Shown in pieces: positions 37,604 to 48,071 of a stretch of DNA of 64,000 nt; position 1 is the stretch's first letter, and each line of letters begins with the position of its first letter. The notes under the pieces are model-generated. The model was given only the letters and a program-made list of their open reading frames with translations, had not been told where the DNA came from and made no database searches. The stretch lies in the sequence record OP079919.1; one strand, given 5' to 3'. Made by a program: the position numbers and the translations under genes.

Positions 37604-37704
37604 AGCGCCCTCTTCCGGAATTCTATGGTTCATTATTTAAATTCATTCATAGGATCGGGCCGCTTAGCGTGGCGAGGTCTTCTAACCGCCAAACAGGATT
37701 CGAT

Positions 37705-40476
37705 ATGTCAGAATATTTATATCCTTGGAATCCCTTCCAAGATGATGATGACGCCCGTATCACTGGAGAGCTCGCGAGTGTACCCGGGGGAACCCGTGTG
37801 CTGGTCGTTCCTAGAGCCGCTCCTTTCTTTTCCGAAAACTTAACTATTGTCAATTCGGATACTAATGCCCCGTTGGTATTAGGTGAAGACTACGTCTTCA
37901 GTTATCCGTTTATGGATTTTATCAAGAATTATTCCAAAAACGTTTATGGTGGGATAATTCTTCTCAAAGCAACCACTGCTTTGAACATCTCAATAAGTTA
38001 TGACACCATTGGCGGGCCGTTCGTTTTAGATGACGTTGCGTACGCTGAAGCTGTGGCCAATATCATCTCATCCGGGAGATTGGCAGATTGGAGTCAGGTC
38101 GTTAATCTCCCTTCTGGTTTCCCAGCCGATCCCCACGACCATCCAGAAAGCCAGACTTATAACTACAACGAGTTCATGGCTAACCTCACTCTGATGATTG
38201 AGGCGATGAACAATGAAACGAATAACCCAACTGTCCAGACACAGCTGACACAGCACAGTGCCGATAACTTAAGAATCGCGCATCCCAACGGCGAGCCAGA
38301 GGATGTGGGATTAAGCAATCTTCACGATTACCCGGTGGCTCAAGAAAGTGATTTCGACGGTAATTCCAACCAGTTATATATGGTTCTTGGTATTACGAAG
38401 AAACTCATCGATAAAATGTTAGCCGAGTTCTTGAACGGATCGTTGCCTGCTGATTTCGAAGAAACGGTTCAAGAAATCTACGATCAAATGAACTCTTACT
38501 TGCAGCAAACGGCTACGCTCGCCGGGCAAGTTGATAACAAGTTGTCGAACACCATCAACGGTTTGGAAACCTTCGATAATGGTGCGACGCTGAAGTCAAC
38601 CAAGGATATGTTATTCCATACCCCAACTAACAGTTGGTACTATTGGGGTGGGGCTTATCCTACTGGCGGTTACGTTGTCAGCGGCGGCGCTTCCCCTTAT
38701 GATGCTTCGGGCAATCTGATAGCCGGTTGGAAAGTAGCGGGTGCAGTTGAGCTTGAAACCAGACTCTCTTCGCAAACCATCGGCCTGGGTGGGGATATCG
38801 TAGGTTATACAGCAGTGGCTGGAGCGATAGCCCGTACTGTGAATGACCGACTCCGGGATGCGATTAGCGTAAGAGACTATTATCAAAGTAGCGATAATGG
38901 TAACTGGGCTTTGGCTTATAATCGAGCCAAAGCGGTCAACCCTAAGGTGTTTTTTCCACGTCAATCCAGTGTATACATGGTTAGCACCACTCTTGTGGTC
39001 GACTCCGGTGGTGCGATTCTTTCGGATGGCGCAATCATAGGGTCGCCTGTTTCGGCTAACGCCGGGGCTACGGCGATCATTACGGTAATCTCGGCAACAT
39101 CCGCGACAGACATAGAGTTAGCCGGATTTACTATCAATGGCGGGGTTAACGATACCCAAACCACGGCTAATGTAAAATCAGCGATCTCCTTAAACTCTTG
39201 TGTTGGGGTGAGGGTTGGTAACATTAAGGTGGTCAACTGTTCTGGACGAGGTATTCATTTCGATACCTGCACCGACATTACGGTGAGTGATTATCGTTTC
39301 CGTAAATTTAATTACGCCACTGCGTCCCTCAACACCTCTCTCGCCACCAATAGGAACGGAATTAAATTTGTCGATTGTTCCGATGTTTATGTTTCTGGGA
39401 CGGATATTGATTCCGATGACACCTGTATACGAATCAGCGCTAAATCTGCCGCAGTTAACAACGTGAATGTGAATGGTGTTAAAGGGGCCTCCACTACAAG
39501 TTCTTTGGTTGGGTTCGCCGAAGAACTTAATTCGGGATCCACTTATTATTCGCAGAACGTAACGGGCATCAGAATAAAGGACGTTCGTTTATTATACGGT
39601 AAAACCGCAAACGGCGTGGTTAGTGTTACTAAATTAGGGTCGACCTCCGTCCTAAAAGATTTTTCAATTGTTGGTGTGTCTGGGAAACCGACCACAGGAA
39701 ACGGAGTGACCGTTAACGGAGTGACAGGAGTTGAATTTGACGATATCAATGTGGAATCAGTAAACGGCCACGGAGTTCATATCGCGTCTTCGACACTCGT
39801 CAAAGGTACTGTCAAGGGAAGAACCGACGCCTCTGCCAGTTATGGGGTTAACCTCAACGCTGTAAGTTTTTCTGAGCTAATTGCTAATTCAGCCAATAGT
39901 TCGGGATACGGCATTAACTTAGATGGGGTGACTTATTCGGTTATCAAGCCATCGGCTTATAACTGCGGGGCCGGATTGTTCTCTACCTCGGCAGGTGGCG
40001 GATGTAGGATGGTGAACTGTACCAACGTGAACATGCCGGAAGGTAATCTCTACGGTACAACCACAGTATCCTATTATGGCTTGAACTACTCCACAGGCAA
40101 CACCGGATGTACGTTTGGCTTGGATCTGATGTTCTATGGTCTGGTTCCGTCTACCCGTCTCCCTACGGCGTATTACCTTAAGACCCCAGCGGTCAGCCTT
40201 AAGTTTAAGGAAGATTCTGCGGGAACATTGAGTACGTATTCCAATATCGGATGTACGTTAACCAGAAACGCCGTGGGCAACTACACTGTTGCTTTTTCAA
40301 GTAACATGAACTCAACTGGGTTCCAATGGGTTCTAGAAGCCTATCACAACGGCGCACGTAGGACGGTCCAATTGTCCTCAGCGGTGACTGTCGGTGGATT
40401 TAGTTTCTTAACTCAGGACGCGGCGGGAACAACGACTTACGCCGATCACGTCAGTCTGGTCGCCTGGAACACCTAA
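37705..40476 (+). CDS. Tailspike / polysaccharide depolymerase with right-handed beta-helix
   Basis: ATG at 37705 with AGGA SD. N-terminal anchor is shared with the downstream fibres. It continues with a TSP/gp66-like module (TFDNGATL...YYWGGAYP...GW), a neck (ARTVNDRLRDAISVRDY), a pectate-lyase-like entry (VFFPRQSSVYMV) and parallel beta-helix repeats (GIHFDTCTDITV, GIKFVDCSDVYV). Confidence 0.75.
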   Translation: MSEYLYPWNPFQDDDDARITGELASVPGGTRVLVVPRAAPFFSENLTIVNSDTNAPLVLGEDYVFSYPFMDFIKNYSKNVYGGIILLKATTALNISISYDTIGGPFVLDDVAYAEAVANIISSGRLADWSQVVNLPSGFPADPHDHPESQTYNYNEFMANLTLMIEAMNNETNNPTVQTQLTQHSADNLRIAHPNGEPEDVGLSNLHDYPVAQESDFDGNSNQLYMVLGITKKLIDKMLAEFLNGSLPADFEETVQEIYDQMNSYLQQTATLAGQVDNKLSNTINGLETFDNGATLKSTKDMLFHTPTNSWYYWGGAYPTGGYVVSGGASPYDASGNLIAGWKVAGAVELETRLSSQTIGLGGDIVGYTAVAGAIARTVNDRLRDAISVRDYYQSSDNGNWALAYNRAKAVNPKVFFPRQSSVYMVSTTLVVDSGGAILSDGAIIGSPVSANAGATAIITVISATSATDIELAGFTINGGVNDTQTTANVKSAISLNSCVGVRVGNIKVVNCSGRGIHFDTCTDITVSDYRFRKFNYATASLNTSLATNRNGIKFVDCSDVYVSGTDIDSDDTCIRISAKSAAVNNVNVNGVKGASTTSSLVGFAEELNSGSTYYSQNVTGIRIKDVRLLYGKTANGVVSVTKLGSTSVLKDFSIVGVSGKPTTGNGVTVNGVTGVEFDDINVESVNGHGVHIASSTLVKGTVKGRTDASASYGVNLNAVSFSELIANSANSSGYGINLDGVTYSVIKPSAYNCGAGLFSTSAGGGCRMVNCTNVNMPEGNLYGTTTVSYYGLNYSTGNTGCTFGLDLMFYGLVPSTRLPTAYYLKTPAVSLKFKEDSAGTLSTYSNIGCTLTRNAVGNYTVAFSSNMNSTGFQWVLEAYHNGARRTVQLSSAVTVGGFSFLTQDAAGTTTYADHVSLVAWNT

Positions 40477-40485
40477 GGAAAAAAT

Positions 40486-40749
40486 ATGCCTGTTACAGCC
40501 GTACTTGCTGCCACTGTTAATCTCACTACTCTGAAAGATAAGAGCTTGGAAAATGAGGTTCTCCAAACCATTAAAGAAAGAATGGCTTACGAGAAACCAG
40601 ACATTGAACTGACCTTATCTAAAGACGACAGTGTTGTTAACAGTTACACCTTTGTTAGTGGCGACGCCCTAACCGTTTCCGATGATTTCAGTTTTGTTTT
40701 TAACGGGATCGTCGCGGACGTAATCAGTAACGTTAATCAAGCAACTTAA
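40486..40749 (+). CDS. Small protein, 87 aa, following the tailspike (possible chaperone/assembly factor)
   Basis: AAGGA SD; co-transcribed with the tailspike gene; function inferred only from position. Confidence 0.45.
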   Translation: MPVTAVLAATVNLTTLKDKSLENEVLQTIKERMAYEKPDIELTLSKDDSVVNSYTFVSGDALTVSDDFSFVFNGIVADVISNVNQAT

Positions 40750-40751
40750 TA

Positions 40752-40783
40752 AGGTAGGGGAGGGCTGACGCCCTCCCCTACCT
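40752..40783 (+). terminator. Intergenic hairpin
   Basis: 14-bp perfect stem AGGTAGGGGAGGGC-TGAC-GCCCTCCCCTACCT. Confidence 0.7.
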
Positions 40784-40789
40784 AGTCGA

Positions 40790-40796
40790 TTTTATG
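40790..40796 (+). promoter_or_regulatory. Candidate late promoter (TTTTATG)
   Basis: Same heptamer as upstream of the MCP gene; lies right after the hairpin and before the fibre genes. Confidence 0.4.
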
Positions 40797-40851
40797 ATTC
40801 AGGCTTAATATTCGTGGAGTGCGATACTCACTCCATCACGAGGTGAGATCA

Positions 40852-43800
40852 ATGAACTATCCTAATATTCCCGAATACCGTTTGGATATCACGGGGAAGA
40901 ACCCAGAAAACTTGATTCCTTTCGAGCATCTTCAAAGGGAAGATAATGATCGAAAAATGATCGTCGTCCCACGTCACGCTCCCTTCTTTATCGACAGCGT
41001 GATTTTGAGCTTCCCTGACGGCACCCCAATGGTTTACGGAACCCATTATGAATTCTTCAACATCATGGGTGAGCTTTCCAGAAGAACCGGTAAGGCGGTC
41101 GGTTGTTTTATTCGCATTCTGGATAAAACCATAACTCGGTTTAACGCTCGCTATCAAACAGTTGGTTCGGTGTCTCTCTTTGATAAGAGTTTCCTGGATC
41201 TCTATAATACCGTCATAGACGATGGCCGGGCCGTCTGGTTCGACGATATCGCTAACAAACCTATATTGTTTGATCCGGAACAACATGGTCATGACGTCAG
41301 GTACGGGGTGTACGCATTTAAAGACCTCGCAGATGCTTTCGAGCAGATGGTGGCGAACACCGTAGGCGGGGAAGGTTATCACGCCCCATACGAAGAATTC
41401 TTCGTTCAGCGTATCAACAACGCCATTAGTTACCTTTCACAAGTACAAAGTCGTTGCATCGCACTCATTAACGAACACGCCGGTAACAAGATCAACGTGC
41501 ATGGGATCGATAATGTTAAAGTGGGATTAGGTAACGTTGATAACATTGGGACTTATACTTCCGATAATTGGGGGGACGCCATCGATGATAAACATCGCAT
41601 AACCCCGGGGTATCTGAAAAAGTTAGCTGAAAACACCACTGTTGATCTTAGCAACTTAGTCCAGCCCGGTGTTCTCCCAATTGCACGCTACGGTGAAAAC
41701 TTTTACATCCCTCCGGTCATCGATGGATCTTTTAAAGGCGTCGGGACCCGCCAACCTTGGCGAGTGGCATGTTTAGAAAGAAACGGTTATTTAGTAGCAA
41801 TAGGTAATTACAAGGATGTCAATACGGACGTTTTGATGTACATGTATAACAAAACACCGTTTGTTTCTCCGGCCAATTCCAGTAATTGGATAAATACACG
41901 TTACGAATATAAACCCACTCGTGCCGTTGAAGATGACGTTAAACTCACCACAGTTATTAAAGGCGGTGATTACCGTTGGATGATCGTAGGTAACGACCAA
42001 ACCAACAAGTGGTATGTAGTTAACTGCAATTCCACATTCAATCCGGTTAGTCACGTTCTCACGCCAATCAGCAATGTGGACTTTTTCTCCAACATTAGCC
42101 ATATCAGAATGTCCGTTTGCGGAGAGAGCATTTATCTGTTCAAGATTACGGATACCCAAGCCGACGGACGTAAATATGTGACGATGAGGAAGATCGACGT
42201 AAGTTCTGTTGACGTTAACACGGAAAGTGTCGCTCTGACTACACCTTCGCTTATTTACACCGATTCATCTAATGCCAGCAAAACATCCACCACCGGGGTT
42301 TTCGATCCTTTCGTTGTTACCAAAGACGGGTCTAATAAAGTCACTAAAGTGTTGGGTAGCTTTAACCCAGTATTGGACTATATTGAAATGGAAAGGGATA
42401 TTCATATTGAAATGATTCCTGATCCAACTAACCCCACAGTAAGTTATATGCGTTGGTGGACCCCCTGTATGCATCATCTGGGGACTAAGGCAGTAACGAC
42501 GACTTACTCCCCGTCCTGGAAATTGCAGGAGAGTGGTGGGTTTACAACGATGACGTGGACAAAAGGACTGGGGTCCGCTACGATGAACATCACTGCGTGG
42601 GATTTAAATTACGCGCCGTGGATGGGTAATCAAAATACAGCGAATACCGACTTCTTCAAGCAAACCTCATCGTGGTTCCACTCACCGGCAATGGGTAACG
42701 GGTTTACTGGTTCGTCTTCAATACTGTCCAATGATGCAAGATTCTCATGCGCGTCGACTCACTGGAACTTCTTCCCGTTATTGACAGCAACGAGCATGTC
42801 GGACTTCTTTACGTCTAGTGACCCTTCCACATTTACGACTGCCGATCCGGCAATAACAAATATGGATGTTAATGAAGCCGGTGGTTATAACCTGAGAACT
42901 TTACAGTGTGGTATTACCAATACCACCGTGTACGGCTCAGCTCCCGCTTCCAGTTGCCACTCTACTTTACCCTTTACTGAGGCGAATAACTCGATAACAC
43001 ATTATGAACTTATTAAGTCAGAAGTTAATGACGATACCTTTGTTCATACGGCTAAATTGAGAACGGGTGATAGAACAACGGCTTCTGTATACGACGCCAA
43101 CACTTATTACCATATGAGTTACACCAACGACATTTATAAAACCAACATCCCTCCAAGGGGTGTACGTGTTTCTTACGTTGATGAAATGAATACGACTAAT
43201 AAGGGAGAGACGTTCTTCTCAGTGACTGGCGGGACGGTTTATAGTCTTGGTACCGGGCTTCAGGATAATCTGTTAACTCACTCTTTCACTACGACCAGAG
43301 ATTCTTCTACCAGGACGTTGTCGTTTAATCCATCTCTGTATGTTCAAATTACTAATGCTTTGGTTTTGTCTTTAGTAACAGCGAACTTCCCAAATGCGGC
43401 GGCTTACTATCAGAAAGCTTGGACTTTGTTATGGGTGCCAGGGAAAGAGAGTATTATAGCTCCTATGCTGATCGTAGAGTGGATGGGTACGGGTTCTGAT
43501 ACTAACGCTTATATCGGCGTGATGACGTTAAACGTGGTTAAAAACCCAACGCTGGCCGCTAACCAAACTGCGACTGTGAATGGTGTAAAAACCTGCGTAA
43601 TGAATGTAGGTGATTTGACAGTAGTCAACAAATATACTGTGGCGAACGGAACCTATTCTGGTGATCGTTCTTGGTTTGATGCGATTGGCAACCACTACAT
43701 CAACTCAGGATATTTTACTGTTTATCGCAATGCGTCTGGCGAAGTCTCTTTCTATTGGGGTTCTACCAACTCTAAGAACTACGGAAGTGCGACCAGTTAT

Positions 43801-44466
43801 GGTGTGGCTAAAACGGCATATCTCTCAGGTAAAATGTCGGGACCGACAGTTATTTCTGCTATTAATAACTACCCTGGCGGAAGAGATATGTTGGGATCCG
43901 TCGTCTACGCGTTAAAAGGTGTCGGTTTATTACTGATTTCCGATACGATGGCTACCGATATCTTTGTGGGCGGCGGCATTACTCCGGCTAAGCTGGCGGG
44001 TAGCACCTACCAGTCAGTTCTGGATGGATATGCTAACACAACGCTGTTAGGATCGTTCTACATCGTTGCCGACATCATCCCGGTCAATCAATGGACGTTG
44101 TTCTTCTCAGCGAGTAAGATCGTTTTGAAAGGAACCTATTTTGAGCTCCCCGTTGGTACTCTGACATTAACAGATTACTTCACCAATGTTCAAAATAAAA
44201 CGTTCTATTTGTTTTTAAAACTCACTGAAGGTAGCCCGGTATATGAGTTGTCATCAACTATGTTGTCGGAAACCTCGACGTGTATGTTGATAGCGACGGT
44301 CACTACCGATGCCTTCAGCATTGTTTCTGTAGATACACAAAAGGTCTTTTCAATGACCGGCTATCGCGTATCGTCTCAAGCTATCGGTTCGATCATACCT
44401 GGGTCGACCGGGGGGATCAACGAATTGGGCGAGACACCGTGGCTGTCGTCTACCTTGGTTGATTAA
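40852..44466 (+). CDS. Tail fibre-like protein, paralog 1 (about 1200 aa)
   Basis: ATG at 40852 with AGGTGA SD; anchor domain, HxxN..H..VGLGNVDN motif, LPIARYGENFYIPPVIDGSFKG box and a shared C-terminal module. Confidence 0.7.
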   Translation: MNYPNIPEYRLDITGKNPENLIPFEHLQREDNDRKMIVVPRHAPFFIDSVILSFPDGTPMVYGTHYEFFNIMGELSRRTGKAVGCFIRILDKTITRFNARYQTVGSVSLFDKSFLDLYNTVIDDGRAVWFDDIANKPILFDPEQHGHDVRYGVYAFKDLADAFEQMVANTVGGEGYHAPYEEFFVQRINNAISYLSQVQSRCIALINEHAGNKINVHGIDNVKVGLGNVDNIGTYTSDNWGDAIDDKHRITPGYLKKLAENTTVDLSNLVQPGVLPIARYGENFYIPPVIDGSFKGVGTRQPWRVACLERNGYLVAIGNYKDVNTDVLMYMYNKTPFVSPANSSNWINTRYEYKPTRAVEDDVKLTTVIKGGDYRWMIVGNDQTNKWYVVNCNSTFNPVSHVLTPISNVDFFSNISHIRMSVCGESIYLFKITDTQADGRKYVTMRKIDVSSVDVNTESVALTTPSLIYTDSSNASKTSTTGVFDPFVVTKDGSNKVTKVLGSFNPVLDYIEMERDIHIEMIPDPTNPTVSYMRWWTPCMHHLGTKAVTTTYSPSWKLQESGGFTTMTWTKGLGSATMNITAWDLNYAPWMGNQNTANTDFFKQTSSWFHSPAMGNGFTGSSSILSNDARFSCASTHWNFFPLLTATSMSDFFTSSDPSTFTTADPAITNMDVNEAGGYNLRTLQCGITNTTVYGSAPASSCHSTLPFTEANNSITHYELIKSEVNDDTFVHTAKLRTGDRTTASVYDANTYYHMSYTNDIYKTNIPPRGVRVSYVDEMNTTNKGETFFSVTGGTVYSLGTGLQDNLLTHSFTTTRDSSTRTLSFNPSLYVQITNALVLSLVTANFPNAAAYYQKAWTLLWVPGKESIIAPMLIVEWMGTGSDTNAYIGVMTLNVVKNPTLAANQTATVNGVKTCVMNVGDLTVVNKYTVANGTYSGDRSWFDAIGNHYINSGYFTVYRNASGEVSFYWGSTNSKNYGSATSYGVAKTAYLSGKMSGPTVISAINNYPGGRDMLGSVVYALKGVGLLLISDTMATDIFVGGGITPAKLAGSTYQSVLDGYANTTLLGSFYIVADIIPVNQWTLFFSASKIVLKGTYFELPVGTLTLTDYFTNVQNKTFYLFLKLTEGSPVYELSSTMLSETSTCMLIATVTTDAFSIVSVDTQKVFSMTGYRVSSQAIGSIIPGSTGGINELGETPWLSSTLVD

Positions 44467-44471
44467 CCCTT

Positions 44472-44497
44472 TAAAAGGAGGGATCCCCCTCCTTTTA
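44472..44497 (+). terminator. Terminator-like hairpin
   Basis: TAAAAGGAGGG...CCCTCCTTTTA followed by a T-run. Confidence 0.65.
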
Positions 44498-44513
44498 TTT
44501 TTATAGGTGTAAT

Positions 44514-47500
44514 ATGTCTGACTTTAAAATCCTATCTTTCGATCCCAGAGGGGATAACGCAGATAATCTGTTAACCGAGCAGGTGACGTTGGATGACACC
44601 ACCCTCGATTACATTAAACCGGATTACAGTCCATTTTATTCTAGTACCGTGGTTATTGCTGATAAAGACGGTCAGGTGAGAAGCGAAGGGACAGATTATG
44701 TTCTGGAAGGTTTAGTCGTCCCACTGGTAAAGACTTCCGGTAAGGACGTGAAGGCTTACATCAGAATCGTCAATACAGAACTCTATGCTAAGTCCCCACT
44801 AAGTATTCAGTATCACTCTTGCGGGATTAACCACTTTCCGAGAGATATGGTTAAGAACACCCCAACTGGGTCAGAAGGTAACAACCTCCCTGTCGATTGG
44901 AATACGCAAGTTTTAGGCAAACCCGATTCTTATCCTTTTAAACCGCATATTCATAACGTTGAGACTGAAATAGCGGCGTGGACTGACTTGGCCGATGAAA
45001 TAGAAGAGATTTATCAATATAGAAAAAATCACATCCTCGCCAAGTATCAGGAATTAAAAGGGTTAAGCGACGCGGTTTGGGCAGCGACCGATATCACCGC
45101 CAAGCAGCTCCGCGATAATGTGATGAACCACGATCGCGATCTTGATAACCCTCATGACGTTGATGCCGCTGACGTTTTACTTGGTAACGTGGATAACTTC
45201 GCTACGGCCACCGCCAATGACGAACTCCTGGGATTAGCCGACAAGTTCTCAACCCCCCTGGGGGCGCAGTCTATACTTAATAATTCATTACAAAGTACGG
45301 ACGGTTATCATCACATTGGTCGGCTCCCTCTTTCTTATTACGGAACTGATTTTTATATCCCCCCTCCGATAGAGGGAGACTTTAAAGGGATGTGGACTAA
45401 CTGTGAAACGGCCGGATTCTGTTTGGAAGATAACGGGACGTTAATGATGCTTGCCAATGCGTCCGATGGGAAGCACAACGGTCTGTTTTACACCACCATT
45501 GAAAATTGGGATAGCACCAATCCAAAAGTCAGATATACCGGTTATCCTTACCAATGGGGGAATTTGGATTACCGTAAACTCAACGCCATTGTTGAAGGCT
45601 CTGGTAAAGACGTGATGATCGTAGGGAACCGTGTTTCTCAGGATTGGTACATTACTCTGACCAAAGGGACCTTCGACCCAGCGAAACACAATCTGCACAA
45701 AATCTCTTTCGATACCACCCCTCCTGGGATGTGGGACAATTATGTCGTTAACGAAAGATTCCCTTGGTTCGATATCAGCAAGGTTTTTGTTGCAGGGAAC
45801 TATGTTTGGCTGATGTATCTCAACCATCAGTATTTTAGCAATGAGTTGAGGATGGCTAAGGATCTTTATTTTTATCGCATCCCTTTATCAGCCTTTGATA
45901 CTGATGGTCCGTTGGTATTCCAGGCGGTAACTCTGACAAGCGCGCATAACGTTTTCGGGACATTATTCTCTAACGTTAAACCGCTTAGAATGACGGATCC
46001 TGTTAAGAAGTCCAACGGGTATTATAACAATAGTTGGTGCAGAACTTCCCTGGATCTCGTCTCGTCTTACCAGTGGATAAAATCAGTCATCATCCCGACA
46101 GATTACGACGCAACGTCCAACAAGAAGCTGATTTATTTAGAAACTAGAATGCATAACTATTATTATAATGGTTCTGTTTATAACTTCTATACTCCGGCGC
46201 TGCAGTTCATTTATATCTTTGATCCCGATAATAACACATTTTTACTCCATCCTGATAGCGGAAGAAACTACCTAATTGATTTGGGGAACACTTCCAATAA
46301 TCCCCAGAGGGTAGAGGGGAGAATGGGTAATGGAGATAACTGGGTTAACATCGGTAGGAGTCAAAGGCCTAGTATCTGTGCGATGAACGGCTACATTGTA
46401 AAATCGGAGATAAATCAGACTTACACCACCTTTAAATTAAAAACTGATTTACTCAGTTGGTTCAAAGACCCTTATTCTGGAGCAACAGGTGGAACAAATG
46501 CATTAACCTACATCAAGAAGTCTTATCCGATGGTAGAGCCTCCTGGAGCCGTCCAATCGAGTTATTTTGATGGCGCGGAGATCTATGGGGTTTATGGCCC
46601 TGATCCGACTAAGGTTAATAATGGCTCGATTAGAATGGGTTTATATCTCAGAACTGGGTTAGGTGATTATTCGAACCATCCGGAGATGCGCTGGGATAAC
46701 ACCAATCTCATGATACGTCTTCCTAGTAACCAGGATTTCAAAATTGCAGGTGGGGGGAACTATGCGAGATGCAGTGTCACCGGTGATGCGGCCGCTTTAA
46801 CCGCCGCCGGGACAACGATAGGTTGGACCGGATTCAGTGTTTATGAGGACCGGGGCATTTTCGATAAATTCACCAACTGGCCCGCTCAGCCAAGTAATCA
46901 GGTGGTTTTACCCGGGAACATCACCTGGGATACAAGTATTCCTGGGGTCGCGACAGCCCAGGTGAATTCTACGGTGAAATACCCAACCACCATTGTTAAC
47001 CAGATTAAAGCGGTGTTGACTAATGGTATCGGGGCGACGAAATATTCATCGTTCACGCTTTACGATTTCACCTATTCCCCGTTTGCGGACGTCTATTCGG
47101 TAGCCACCCTTTTCTATACGAAGCCTGGATCTGCTGGATTGTGGACAAGGTTTATTTTGTTTAAACCTACGGTAACAACGTCCGGTACCGTAAAAACGGT
47201 GACGGGTTATTCGGTTCTGTACAACTCCGGTGAAGTGGTCAACGATGGCTCGAGGTTCTTCGCAAACATAGATATGACTTATTTTAGGGGATATGACACC
47301 TATCCCATAGTAGAAGTTTATGTCAATAAAACCACCGGGATCCATTACTACAACATTTATCCGGGCGTTTGTTTCTATCCGTCAGGAAGTACGACAGCAT
47401 ACGCGGTTTCTTATATCGTCCAATCCCGTATACAGCTGCAGAGAGCGACCTCTAACAACGCTATTACTGTTACCGAAAACACAACAAGACCTACTTGGTA

Positions 47501-48026
47501 TAGTGACGAATTTTACATTACCATGATTCCTAAAGTAGGGAGAGTGACCATTTACGGCATTGATGTGTTAACCGAGATGGCGAATACTGGATCGATCGCA
47601 ACAGTAAACGGGACGCGATATGTGACCGCTCACACTTATCCAGCGGATAACTGGTATGTGTACTTTACCAACGCGATTAACGTAACGATAGAAGGCGGCA
47701 GTTATCTCATGCCGACTGGCAGTATATCGCTTTACGACATTGTAAGTAATCCCGTTGATAAGACGTTCTACGTTTATATCAGGTTGAACGGAACCAAAGC
47801 GGAATATTTCGTTACTACCAAAAAGCTTTACGTTTCTAGCAAAATGTTGTTTGTTGCGACGATAACGACTAACGATAAAGGGATCAGCAGCATCGATCTT
47901 CTCCAACCGATGATGGTGGGAGATTTGGTACTCTCTAACGTTCGTCGTGGTCAAGCAATTCCTGTTGTGGACGGGTCGCTGGGTCAAGAAGCAACTGTGG
48001 TATGGAAACGCAGCCAAGATAATTAA
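44514..48026 (+). CDS. Tail fibre-like protein, paralog 2 (1170 aa)
   Basis: NPHDVDAADVLLGNVDNFATA, LPLSYYGTDFYIPPPIEGDFKG and the C-terminal KTFYVYIRL...ATITTN...GQAIP match paralog 1. Confidence 0.7.
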   Translation: MSDFKILSFDPRGDNADNLLTEQVTLDDTTLDYIKPDYSPFYSSTVVIADKDGQVRSEGTDYVLEGLVVPLVKTSGKDVKAYIRIVNTELYAKSPLSIQYHSCGINHFPRDMVKNTPTGSEGNNLPVDWNTQVLGKPDSYPFKPHIHNVETEIAAWTDLADEIEEIYQYRKNHILAKYQELKGLSDAVWAATDITAKQLRDNVMNHDRDLDNPHDVDAADVLLGNVDNFATATANDELLGLADKFSTPLGAQSILNNSLQSTDGYHHIGRLPLSYYGTDFYIPPPIEGDFKGMWTNCETAGFCLEDNGTLMMLANASDGKHNGLFYTTIENWDSTNPKVRYTGYPYQWGNLDYRKLNAIVEGSGKDVMIVGNRVSQDWYITLTKGTFDPAKHNLHKISFDTTPPGMWDNYVVNERFPWFDISKVFVAGNYVWLMYLNHQYFSNELRMAKDLYFYRIPLSAFDTDGPLVFQAVTLTSAHNVFGTLFSNVKPLRMTDPVKKSNGYYNNSWCRTSLDLVSSYQWIKSVIIPTDYDATSNKKLIYLETRMHNYYYNGSVYNFYTPALQFIYIFDPDNNTFLLHPDSGRNYLIDLGNTSNNPQRVEGRMGNGDNWVNIGRSQRPSICAMNGYIVKSEINQTYTTFKLKTDLLSWFKDPYSGATGGTNALTYIKKSYPMVEPPGAVQSSYFDGAEIYGVYGPDPTKVNNGSIRMGLYLRTGLGDYSNHPEMRWDNTNLMIRLPSNQDFKIAGGGNYARCSVTGDAAALTAAGTTIGWTGFSVYEDRGIFDKFTNWPAQPSNQVVLPGNITWDTSIPGVATAQVNSTVKYPTTIVNQIKAVLTNGIGATKYSSFTLYDFTYSPFADVYSVATLFYTKPGSAGLWTRFILFKPTVTTSGTVKTVTGYSVLYNSGEVVNDGSRFFANIDMTYFRGYDTYPIVEVYVNKTTGIHYYNIYPGVCFYPSGSTTAYAVSYIVQSRIQLQRATSNNAITVTENTTRPTWYSDEFYITMIPKVGRVTIYGIDVLTEMANTGSIATVNGTRYVTAHTYPADNWYVYFTNAINVTIEGGSYLMPTGSISLYDIVSNPVDKTFYVYIRLNGTKAEYFVTTKKLYVSSKMLFVATITTNDKGISSIDLLQPMMVGDLVLSNVRRGQAIPVVDGSLGQEATVVWKRSQDN

Positions 48027-48038
48027 TCGTTTTCACAC

Positions 48039-48057
48039 GGGGGAGTAACCCTCCCCC
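48039..48057 (+). terminator. Short intergenic hairpin
   Basis: GGGGGAG-TAACC-CTCCCCC. Confidence 0.5.
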
Positions 48058-48071
48058 TAAGAGGTCAGATA

